A DNA stretch of 64,000 bases, taken from Bacteroidales bacterium. GTDB taxonomy: Bacteria > Bacteroidota > Bacteroidia > Bacteroidales > UBA932. The stretch lies in NCBI GenBank assembly GCA_017620335.1, contig JAFZQO010000043.1:13653-77652 (forward strand), read 5' to 3'. The number at the start of each line of letters is the position of its first letter. The stretch's first letter is position 1. Under the pieces are notes generated by a model, which worked only from the letters and a program-made list of their open reading frames with translations, ran no database searches and was not told the DNA's origin. The translations under genes were made by a program, and so were the position numbers. This document shows, piece after piece, positions 47,375-56,800 of the stretch.

Positions 47375-49381
47375 ATGAAGAAACGGATGATCTACGACAC
47401 CGACCCGTACCTGATGCCCTTCAGGACGGCCATCGACGTGCGTCACGCCCGCATCCTGCGGGAGCGTGACGCCATAGCCCGCAGAGGTTCCCTCGCCGCG
47501 GGCGTGAACAACCATCTCTACTACGGTCTCCATCACACCGCAGACGGCGGCTGGGTGTTCCGCGAGTGGGCTCCGAACGCCACCCGCATCCACCTCGTCG
47601 GCGACTTCAACAACTGGCACCGCACGGAAGGCTATGCCCTCAAGCCCATAGGCGGCGGCAACTGGGAGATCGTGCTCCCGAAGATGTTCCTCTCCCACGG
47701 CGACCTCTACAAGCTCTACATAGAGTGGGTCGGCGGCGGCGGGGAGCGCCTGCCCGCCTACGCCACCCGCTGCGTCCAGGACCCTGACACCAAGGCCTTC
47801 TGCGCGCAGGTCTGGGACCCCGCCGAACCCTACGTGTGGAAGCACCGCCGTCCCGGCAAGCGCCCCAACCCCCTCATCTACGAGTGCCACATAGGCATGA
47901 GCGGGGAGAAGGAGGGAGTCTCAACTTTCTCGGAGTTCCGCCGCGACGTCCTTCCCAAGGTCGCGCAGTTGGGCTACAACGTCCTTCAGATCATGGCCCT
48001 GCAGGAGCATCCGTACTATGGCTCGTTCGGCTACCAGGTCTCCAACATTTACGCCCTGAGTTCGCGCTTCGGCACCCCTGAGGAGTTCAAGGCCCTCGTG
48101 GACGAGGCCCACGCCAAGGGCATCGCCGTCGTCATGGACATCGTGCACTCGCACATGGTCAAGAACGAGGCGGAGGGCCTGAGCAACTTCGACGGCCACG
48201 ACACGATCTATTTCTATTCCGGTCCCCAGGGCCACCATCCGGCCTGGGACAGCCGCTGCTACGATTACGGCAAGTCCGAGACCAAGTACTTCCTGCTGTC
48301 CAACTGCAAGTTCTGGATGGAGGAGTACCACCTCGACGGATTCCGCTTCGACGGTGTCACCAGCATGCTTTACTGGGACCACGGCCTGGGCAAGGACTTC
48401 GTCGGATATGACAATTACTTCAACCAGGGCGTGGACGAGAACGCCGTTGCGTACCTCGCGCTGGCCAACATGCTCATCAAGGAGGTCAATCCCAACGCCC
48501 TCACCATTGCCGAGGACGTCAGCGGCATGGCCGGCCTCGCCGCGCCTTTCGCCGCGGGCGGCGTCGGCTTCGACTTCCGCATGGCAATGGGCGTGGCCGA
48601 CCACTGGATCAAGTGGATCAAGGAGAAGAGCGACGAGCAGTGGTCCATGGGCGAGATCTGGTACGAGCTGACCAACAAGCGCGCCGACGAGAAGACCATC
48701 AGCTACGCGGAGTGCCACGACCAGGCGCTCGTGGGTGACAAGACCCTGATATTCAGGCTGATGGACAAGGAGATGTATTTCTCCATGAACATGGAGTCCT
48801 CCAACCCCATAGTCGAGAGGGGAGTGGCCCTGCACAAGATGATACGCCTGCTGACGCTGGCCACGGCCGGCAACGGCTACCTCAACTTCATGGGGAACGA
48901 GTTCGGACATCCCGAGTGGATCGACTTCCCGAGGGAGGGCAACGGCTGGTCCTACCAGCATGCCCGCAGGCAGTGGTCCCTCGCCGAACCGGATTACCTC
49001 AGGTACAAGTACCTGCGCAATTTCGACGGGGCCATGGTGCATCTCGTCCGGAAAAATGCGCTGCTCGCCGCCGCTCCGCGACTGCTCGTCGCGGACGAGG
49101 AGAAGAAAATCTTGATATTCAGCAGAAGAAACAGTATCTTTGCATTCAATTTCAATCCCGTCGCATCTTTTGCCGACTACGGATTCGCGGCACCTGCCGG
49201 AAAATACACGATAACACTGGACACCGACCAAGCGGAGTTCAACGGTTTCGAACGCGTGAAACGCGGGGAAGAGCACTTCACGGTCCACGCGAAATCGCCG
49301 AACGGTCCGCAGAACCTGGAGGATACCCTGTACCTGTATTTGCCGAGCCGGTGCGCTTTGGTTTTGGAACGAGAAGATTGA
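47375..49381 (+). CDS. glgB: 1,4-alpha-glucan branching enzyme (eukaryote-like GH13 subfamily type)
   Basis: ATG at 47375 (MKKRMIYDTDPYL). FREWAPNA, YECHIGMS, GYN.LQIMA..EH.YY.SFGYQV, VMDIVHSH, GFRFDGVTSM, AEDVSGM, AECHDQALVGDK. Confidence 0.9.
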   Translation: MKKRMIYDTDPYLMPFRTAIDVRHARILRERDAIARRGSLAAGVNNHLYYGLHHTADGGWVFREWAPNATRIHLVGDFNNWHRTEGYALKPIGGGNWEIVLPKMFLSHGDLYKLYIEWVGGGGERLPAYATRCVQDPDTKAFCAQVWDPAEPYVWKHRRPGKRPNPLIYECHIGMSGEKEGVSTFSEFRRDVLPKVAQLGYNVLQIMALQEHPYYGSFGYQVSNIYALSSRFGTPEEFKALVDEAHAKGIAVVMDIVHSHMVKNEAEGLSNFDGHDTIYFYSGPQGHHPAWDSRCYDYGKSETKYFLLSNCKFWMEEYHLDGFRFDGVTSMLYWDHGLGKDFVGYDNYFNQGVDENAVAYLALANMLIKEVNPNALTIAEDVSGMAGLAAPFAAGGVGFDFRMAMGVADHWIKWIKEKSDEQWSMGEIWYELTNKRADEKTISYAECHDQALVGDKTLIFRLMDKEMYFSMNMESSNPIVERGVALHKMIRLLTLATAGNGYLNFMGNEFGHPEWIDFPREGNGWSYQHARRQWSLAEPDYLRYKYLRNFDGAMVHLVRKNALLAAAPRLLVADEEKKILIFSRRNSIFAFNFNPVASFADYGFAAPAGKYTITLDTDQAEFNGFERVKRGEEHFTVHAKSPNGPQNLEDTLYLYLPSRCALVLERED

Positions 49382-49414
49382 AACCAGTTATAAAATTAGA
49401 AACATCATATAGTT

Positions 49415-51355
49415 ATGGCTTTTTTGAAGTTCAACAAGTCTGAGTTGGTCAATCTCTCCTACTCGCTCAAGAGGGAGATCATCATCGCCAACAAGACGGG
49501 TGCCTATGTCAACACGTCCATCGTGACCTGCAACACCCGCCGCTACCACGGACTGCTGGCAGTGACCCTGGACCGCTTCGGCGGGGACAAGTTCATGCTG
49601 CTCTCTTCGCTCGACGAAAGCCTCATCGTGAACCGCAAGCAGTTCAACCTCGGCATCCATTGCTACGGTGACATCTACGAGCCGCGCGGCCACAAGTACG
49701 TCGTCGATTTCGAGGCCGATCCCGTCCCGAAGATCACCTACAAGGTCGGCCAGGTCGTGTTCACCAAGAGCATATTGCTCGTCCCGGACACCGACCAGGT
49801 CCTCATCCGCTACGAGCTCGTCAAGGCCCCTTCCAAGGCCGTCCTGCAGCTCAAGCCCTTCCTTGCGTTCCGCAACGTCCACTCGCTCACCAGCCAGAAT
49901 CCCGTCGCCAACATCGGCTTCACCGCCGTTCCCGGAGGAGCCTCGTTCCGGATGTACTCCAACTTCCCGGACCTGTACCTCCAGCTGAACACCAAGTCCG
50001 CCGTGTACAAGCACATGCCTTACTGGTATGAGGGCATCACCTATTCCGACGAGTACCGCCGCGGCTTCGACTGCCGCGAGGACCTGCTTGTCCCCGGCAC
50101 CTTCGAGGTGGACATGAAGGAAGGCGACTCCGTCGTGTTCTCGGCCTCGACGGTCGAGGCCAACCCGGCCTCCATCAAGCGCAAGTTCACCGACCTTCTC
50201 GCCAAGACCCCCGAGGTTTCCAACAGCCGCGAGCAGCTCGTGCGCTGCGCCGACACCCTCATCTGCAACCACAACAACCGCAAGAAAGTCACCGCCGGAT
50301 TCTCCTGGCTGTACACCGGACTGCTCCGCGAGACGCTCATAGCCCTGCCCGGCCTGACTCTGTACGCCACGGGCAACGCTTCCGAGTTCGAGGAGATCCT
50401 TGATAACCTCATCGCCGACGAGCAGGAGCGCCTCTTCCGCCGCACCACGCAGGTCGAGTCCCCGCTCTACATGCCCATCATCCTCCAGGAGTACATCGAC
50501 GACTTCGGCGCCGACCCCGCAAAGGTCTGGAAGAAATACGGTGACACCGTGAAGGGCATCATCGAGAGCTACGCCCCCGGCGAGCGCAAGGAGGTCACCA
50601 TGCAGCCCAACGGCCTGCTTTGGGCCCAGATGGACCGCGTGGCGCTCACCTGGATGAACGCCTACATCCACGGCATCCCGGTCACTGAGCGCGCCGGATA
50701 CCAGGTCGAGACCAACGCCTTCTGGTACAACGCCCTCTGCTTCGCCATCGAGATGGAGACCCGCTTCGGCTCGAAGGACGGCGGATTCGCGGCCCGCTGG
50801 GCTCCCGTCCGCGACCTCGTGAAGCAGAATTTCCTCCCCATGTTCTGGAACGATGCCAAGGGCTGCCTCGCCGACTATGTCGACGGCGCGGGCCAGAACA
50901 TGGACATCCGTCCGAACCAGATCTATGCAATCTGGGTCAAGTATTCCCCTGTAGACGAGGATCTCTTCCCGTCCATCCTCAGGGTCATCGACAATGAACT
51001 GGTGACCTCCCGCGGCATTCGCACCCTTTCTCCCCGCGACCCCAAGTACAAAGGGGTGTACGAGGGTACGCAGATTGAACGCGACCTCGCCTATCACCAG
51101 GGCTGCACCCGTCCGTTCCTTCTCGAGCCCTACTGCGACGTCAGTTTCCGTGTCAAGGGCCAGTCTTTCGTAAAGAAGGCCCAGTGGCTCATCGAGGGCT
51201 TCTACGAGGACCTCTCCAAGCACGGCGTCGGAGCCTTCTCCGAGCTCTATGACGGCGACCCGCCGCACGAGGCCCACGGAACCATCTCCTCGGCGCTCAG
51301 CACCGCGGCTCTCCTGGCAGTGGATTTCATCATCAACAAATACAAGGAGGACTAG
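49415..51355 (+). CDS. Glycogen debranching enzyme-like protein (GDE N-terminal domain + amylo-alpha-1,6-glucosidase (alpha/alpha)6 domain)
   Basis: 646 aa. NTRRYHGLL in the N-domain. C-terminal WMNA..., ...DYVDG...IRPNQI.A..., TSRGIRTLSP.DP.Y.G.Y.G....RD.AYHQG..RPFLL are typical of the archaeal/bacterial GDE_C family. Confidence 0.8.
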   Translation: MAFLKFNKSELVNLSYSLKREIIIANKTGAYVNTSIVTCNTRRYHGLLAVTLDRFGGDKFMLLSSLDESLIVNRKQFNLGIHCYGDIYEPRGHKYVVDFEADPVPKITYKVGQVVFTKSILLVPDTDQVLIRYELVKAPSKAVLQLKPFLAFRNVHSLTSQNPVANIGFTAVPGGASFRMYSNFPDLYLQLNTKSAVYKHMPYWYEGITYSDEYRRGFDCREDLLVPGTFEVDMKEGDSVVFSASTVEANPASIKRKFTDLLAKTPEVSNSREQLVRCADTLICNHNNRKKVTAGFSWLYTGLLRETLIALPGLTLYATGNASEFEEILDNLIADEQERLFRRTTQVESPLYMPIILQEYIDDFGADPAKVWKKYGDTVKGIIESYAPGERKEVTMQPNGLLWAQMDRVALTWMNAYIHGIPVTERAGYQVETNAFWYNALCFAIEMETRFGSKDGGFAARWAPVRDLVKQNFLPMFWNDAKGCLADYVDGAGQNMDIRPNQIYAIWVKYSPVDEDLFPSILRVIDNELVTSRGIRTLSPRDPKYKGVYEGTQIERDLAYHQGCTRPFLLEPYCDVSFRVKGQSFVKKAQWLIEGFYEDLSKHGVGAFSELYDGDPPHEAHGTISSALSTAALLAVDFIINKYKED

Positions 51356-51358
51356 GAT

Positions 51359-52645
51359 ATGAAAGTGCTCATGTTCGGATGGGAGTTTCCTCCCCATATC
51401 GCCGGAGGTCTCGGAACCGCCTGCGAAGGAATAGTCAAGGGACTTGCGTACAACGGGGTCGAAACCCTCTTCGTGATGCCTTCGGCCTCGGGTGACGAGG
51501 ACCAGAGCGCCACCACGATCATCAACGCCAGCGACGTCGCGGTGGACACTGTCAGCTCGACGGTGGACGAGTTCCTCGACAAGGTCAAGTTCATCCATAT
51601 CGACTCCAACCTCGTGCCTTACGTCAATCCCGACGAGTTCGAGACCCTCGTCGAGGAGGAGCGCAGGCGCCAGGTCAAGGATTTCAACGTCCAGTACGGG
51701 ACGAAGTTCAAGTTCTCCGGCAAGTACGGGGCCAACCTCATGGAGGAGGTCGCCCGCTACGCCATGGTCGGAGGCACGATCGCCATGCAGCACAAGGACG
51801 AGTTCGACGTCATCCACGCCCATGACTGGCTTACCTACCTGGCCGGCATCGCCGCCAAGGAGCTCACCGGCAAGCCGCTCGTGGTCCATGTGCACGCCAC
51901 CTCGTACGACCGCGGCGACGAGCAGCACATCGACACCCGCGTGCTCGACATCGAGACCCGCGGCATGCTCGCCGCGGACCGCGTGGTCACCGTCAGCGAC
52001 CTCACCCGCAACATCGTCGTGAACAAATACCACATCGACCCGTCCAAGGTCGTCACCGTCCACAACGCCGTGGACTTCAGCGGCCGCGAGAACCTCCGCG
52101 TGGAGCGCGGGGTCAAGGACAAGGTCGTCACCTTCCTGGGCCGCATCACCTTCCAGAAGGGTCCCGAGTACTTCATCGAGGCCGCGGCAAAGGTCCTCAA
52201 GCGCACCGAGAACGTCCGCTTCGTGATGGCCGGCAGCGGCGACATGATGAACCGCTGCATCCGCCACGTCGCCCGCCTGGGCATCTCGGACCGCTTCCAT
52301 TTCACCGGCTTCCTGCGCGGCGCCGACGTCCAGAAGATGTTTGCCCTTTCGGATGTGTATATCATGCCCTCGGTCTCCGAGCCTTTCGGCATCTCGCCCC
52401 TCGAGGCCATGCGCACCAACGTCCCTTCGATCATCTCCTACCAGTCCGGCGCGGCCGAGATCCTGAAGTACGCTTTCAAGGTGGACTTCTGGGACGTCGA
52501 CCACCTGGCCGATGACATCTACGCCCTCCTCCAGTATCCCGCCCTGTCGCATTTCGCAGCCGTCAACGGGTTCGACGAGGTCAACGCCCTCAAGTGGAAC
52601 GGAGCCACCGCCAAGCTCAAGAAGGTTTACGAATCACTGGTATAA
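51359..52645 (+). CDS. GT4-family glycosyltransferase (glycogen-synthase-like, retaining GT-B)
   Basis: MKVLMFGWEFPPHIAGGLGTA, HAHDWLT, C-terminal GRIT.QKG, PS.SEPFGISPLEAM (E-x7-E region). Confidence 0.8.
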   Translation: MKVLMFGWEFPPHIAGGLGTACEGIVKGLAYNGVETLFVMPSASGDEDQSATTIINASDVAVDTVSSTVDEFLDKVKFIHIDSNLVPYVNPDEFETLVEEERRRQVKDFNVQYGTKFKFSGKYGANLMEEVARYAMVGGTIAMQHKDEFDVIHAHDWLTYLAGIAAKELTGKPLVVHVHATSYDRGDEQHIDTRVLDIETRGMLAADRVVTVSDLTRNIVVNKYHIDPSKVVTVHNAVDFSGRENLRVERGVKDKVVTFLGRITFQKGPEYFIEAAAKVLKRTENVRFVMAGSGDMMNRCIRHVARLGISDRFHFTGFLRGADVQKMFALSDVYIMPSVSEPFGISPLEAMRTNVPSIISYQSGAAEILKYAFKVDFWDVDHLADDIYALLQYPALSHFAAVNGFDEVNALKWNGATAKLKKVYESLV

Positions 52646-52668
52646 GAAACAATCAAAAAATCAACGAT

Positions 52669-53886
52669 ATGAAAAAGAGTATATGTCTGTACTTCCAGGT
52701 ACACCAGCCGACAAGACTCAGATTGTACAGGTTCTTCGATATCGGCAAGGATTCGCATTACTATGACGACTTTGCCAACAGGACCATCCTGAAGAGGATC
52801 GCGCAGAAGTGCTACCTCCCCATGAACGAGCTTCTCCTCGAGGCCATCAAGGAGAGCAAGGGGGCCTTCAAGGTCGCCTTCTCCATCACCGGCTCCGCGC
52901 TCGAGCAGTTCGACCGCTACGCCCCCGAGGTGATCGACAGCTTCCGCCGCCTGGCCGAGACCGGCAGCGTCGAGTTCCTCGGCGAGACCTACTACCACTC
53001 CCTCGCCTCTCTGATCTCCCCCGCGGAGTTCAAGCACCAGGTCGAGAAGCACAAGGCCGCCATCGAGGAGTATTTCGGAGTCACCCCCGTCTCGTTCCGC
53101 AACACCGAGCTTATCTATTCCGACGCCATCGGCGACGCCGTGTATGAGCTTGGCTACAAGACCATGCTGACCGAGGGCGCCCGCCACATTATGGGTTGGA
53201 GAAGTCCGAACTATCTTTATACCAATGATTTCCAGCCCAAGCTGAAGCTCCTTCTCAGGAACTACCAGCTTAGCGACGACATCGCCTTCCGTTTCTCCGA
53301 CAGGGGATGGGCCGACTGGCCGCTGACCACCGAGAAGTTCGTCGAGTGGATGAAGAGCGGGGTGGCCGACGGAGGCGACATCATCAACCTCTTCATGGAC
53401 TACGAGACCTTCGGCGAGCACCAGAACGCCCAGAGCGGCATCTTCGACTTCATGAGGGCACTGCCCAAGGCGGTCTTCGCCGACGGCACCTTCGAGTTCG
53501 TCACCCCTGCCCGCGCCGCCCGCAAGCACAAAGCCATCGACGCCCTTTCCGTACCGGAGGCCATCTCCTGGGCGGACGAGGAGCGCGACGTCACCGCATG
53601 GCTCGGCAATGAGCTCCAGAACGACGCCTTCTCCAAGCTCTACGGCCTGACGGAGAAGCTCTCCATCCTCAACGACCCCGTGCTGTGGTCGGATTTCGGA
53701 CACCTCCAGGAGAGCGACCACCTCTATTACATGTGCACGAAGTTCTTCTCCGACGGAGAGGTGCACAAATACTTCAATCCGTATGACACCCCGTACGAGG
53801 CTTTCATCAACTACATGAACGTCCTCAGCGACTTCATTATCCGTACGGACGAGGCATACGCCCTTAATGTGAGCGAAAATAATTGA
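52669..53886 (+). CDS. GH57-family alpha-glucan hydrolase/amylase
   Basis: ATG at 52669 (MKKSICLYFQVHQPTRLRLYRFFDIG). ...HYYDD.AN..., GSVEFLGETYYHSL, FRNTELIY, MDYETFGEH (catalytic region). Confidence 0.8.
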   Translation: MKKSICLYFQVHQPTRLRLYRFFDIGKDSHYYDDFANRTILKRIAQKCYLPMNELLLEAIKESKGAFKVAFSITGSALEQFDRYAPEVIDSFRRLAETGSVEFLGETYYHSLASLISPAEFKHQVEKHKAAIEEYFGVTPVSFRNTELIYSDAIGDAVYELGYKTMLTEGARHIMGWRSPNYLYTNDFQPKLKLLLRNYQLSDDIAFRFSDRGWADWPLTTEKFVEWMKSGVADGGDIINLFMDYETFGEHQNAQSGIFDFMRALPKAVFADGTFEFVTPARAARKHKAIDALSVPEAISWADEERDVTAWLGNELQNDAFSKLYGLTEKLSILNDPVLWSDFGHLQESDHLYYMCTKFFSDGEVHKYFNPYDTPYEAFINYMNVLSDFIIRTDEAYALNVSENN

Positions 53887-56800
53887 TGAGCAAGGAATTA
53901 CTGAGCCCCGACTACCTTTTTGAAGTCAGCTGGGAAGTCTGCAACAAGGTAGGTGGCATCTATACCGTGATCTCGACCAAGGCGCTGCACCAGAAGGCGC
54001 GGCTGGGGAGGCATCACATCATGATAGGCCCGGACGTGTGGATGCACACCGCCGGCAATCCCGACTTTCTGGAGGACCAGGCTTTGTACCGCAACTGGAA
54101 GGCGAAGGCGGCCTCCGAGGGCATACGCGTCCGCATCGGACGCTGGAACGTCCCCGGCAAGCCCATAGCCATCCTCGTGGACTACAAGCAGTTCCTCACT
54201 GAACAGGACTCCATCCTCGGGGATTACTGGAGACGCTTCGGCGTGGATTCCCTGTCCGGCAACTGGGACTATAAGGAATCCGCACTGTTCGGCTTTGCTT
54301 CCGGACGTGTCATAGAGAGTTTCTACAAGTTCAACCTCTATTCCACCGACAAGGTGGTGGCGCAGTTCCACGAGTGGCAGACAGGAGCGGGCCTGCTTTA
54401 CATCAAGAAAGCAGGCATCCCCGTCGCCACGGTCTTCACCACCCATGCGACGATGATAGGCCGCTGCATCTGCGGCAACAACCTCCCGCTTTACAAGCAT
54501 CTGGAGGAGTATAACGGTGACGAGATGGCCCGGCGTTTCGGCGTCGTGGCGCGTCACTCTCTTGAGAAGATGTCCGCCCGCAACGCCGACGTCTTCACTA
54601 CCGTCAGCGAGATAACCGCGCGCGAGTGCAGGCAGTTCCACGGACGTCCGGTGGACATTGTAACCCCGAACGGTTTCGAGAACAGCTTCACACCCGCCAC
54701 GGATGAGGAGTGGATGGAGAAGCGGGCCGCAGCCCGCGCATGCCTGGCCGGTGTGGCGTCGGCCATGTCAGGCACCGAGGTGCCGGACGACGCCGTGTTC
54801 GTCGGCATAGGAGGGCGCTACGAGTACCGCAACAAGGGCATAGACGTCTTCATCGAGGCGCTGTCCAGGCTGCGCGACGCTGACCTGGGCGGGCGCGAGG
54901 TCCATGCCTTCATCCTGATCCCGAGCGGACACAACGGCCCTGACCGTTCCCTCATGCAGAAGCTTGCTTCGGGCAAGGGCGACTACACCACCCAGGTGTC
55001 GCATGCCCTGATGAATCCCGAGTGGGACACTATCACACGCCGTTTCGACGAGCTGCACCTCAACAATTTCCCCAAGGACAAGGTGAAGGTGTACTTCGTC
55101 CCCTCGTACCTCAACGGCAGCGACGGCATATTCAACATGTCGTACTACGACCTCCTCGCCGGTCTGGACGCCACCATCTTCCCCTCGTACTACGAGCCGT
55201 GGGGATATACCCCGCTTGAGAGCCTCGCTTTCAGGGTGCCCACCCTCACAACCTCGCTCGCCGGATTCGGCAAGTGGGTTCGTGACTATTACGGCAAGGA
55301 GCATCCCGGCATCGCCATCGTCGACAGGGATGACGACAATTACTTCGAGGTGGTCGACGCGGTAGTCGCCCGCATGAAGGAGATCGCCGGCCTCGACGAG
55401 GAAGGGAAGGTCCGTTACAGGGAGTCCGCCAGGGATGTCGCCGACATCGCCCTGTGGGAGAATCAGATCAAATATTATAACGAAGCCTATTCGACTGCGA
55501 TCGAAAAGGTCATAGAGCGGATCGGAGAGTATCCGTCCGTCAAAGAAGAAAAGAAAATGCAGTATCATAACTTCAACATCGACGCCCCGTCTTGGAAGAG
55601 CGTCATGGTAACCAGACACCTGCCGGAGAAGCTCTCCGGACTTGAAAGACTTTGCAAGAACCTGTGGTGGTGCTGGAACGACAGCGCTAAGCTTCTGTTC
55701 AAGACAATAGACTCAGATTTGTGGAGCGCGTCAGGACATAACCCCATGTATATCCTCGACCGGGTGAGTATCAAGCGTTTCAACCAGCTTGCCTCGGATG
55801 AGGCCTTCCTCGCCCAGCTCGACGGGGTCATGGCCGAGTTTGACGCATATATGGCCGCAAAGGAGGAGAGGACCGACCCTTCCGTGGCGTACTTCTGCAT
55901 GGAGTACGGCCTTGACACGTCGCTCAAGATCTATTCCGGAGGCCTCGGCATCCTCGCCGGCGACTATCTGAAAGAGACCAGCGACATGAACGTCAACCTC
56001 GTCGCGGTCGGTTTCCTTTACCGCTACGGATATTTCACCCAGAAGCTCACCGCATACGGCGATCAGGTGGCGGAGTACGAGCCCCAGGACTTCCTGAAGA
56101 TCCCCGCCCAGCCTGTCCTTGACGAGGATGGCAACTGGAAGACCGCTACCATGGCCTTCCCGGGACGCAACGTCGTCGCCCGTATATGGAAGGTGGCCGT
56201 CGGCCGCACCGACCTCTACCTTCTCGACACCGACTGGGAGGCCAACCTTCCCGAGGACCGCTCCATCACCCACCAGCTTTATGGCGGTGACTGGGAGAAC
56301 CGCCTGAAGCAGGAGGTCCTGCTCGGCATCGGCGGTATCCGCGCCCTCCGTGCCCTTGGCATCGACGCCCAGGTGTATCACTGCAACGAAGGTCACGCCG
56401 CTTTCATCGGCGTCGAGCGTTTGCGCGAGTACATCGAGCACGACAACCTCGAGTTCGCTGAGGCGATGGAGGTCGTCCGCGCATCGTCCCTCTTCACGAC
56501 GCATACCCCTGTCCCCGCAGGACACGATGCGTTCGAGGAAGGTCTGATCCGCAAGTACCTCGGCCATTATCCGGCACGCCTGAAGATCGACTGGACCACT
56601 TTCGTCGGCCTGGGCAAGGTCAACGCCACCAACCCCGCCGAGAAGTTCTCCATGAGCGTCCTTGCCGCCAACATCTCGCAGAACGTCAACGGCGTGTCCA
56701 TGCTGCACGGCAAGGTCAGCCAGGACATCTTCGCGCGCATGTATCCTGGTTATCTCCCGGAGGAGCTGCACGTGAGCTATGTCACCAACGGTGTGCATTA

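Noticed and set aside
49388-52552. Very long antisense ORFs. Examples are 49388..52552 (-, 1054 aa), 1286..3499 (-), 3692..5620 (-), 5943..7772 (-), 20532..22427 (+) and 55731..58088 (-).
   Set aside because: They mirror confidently identified genes on the other strand. They are extremely Arg/Gly/Val/His/Asp-rich and have no recognisable motifs. They are typical shadow ORFs of high-GC coding DNA with GC-rich third positions.
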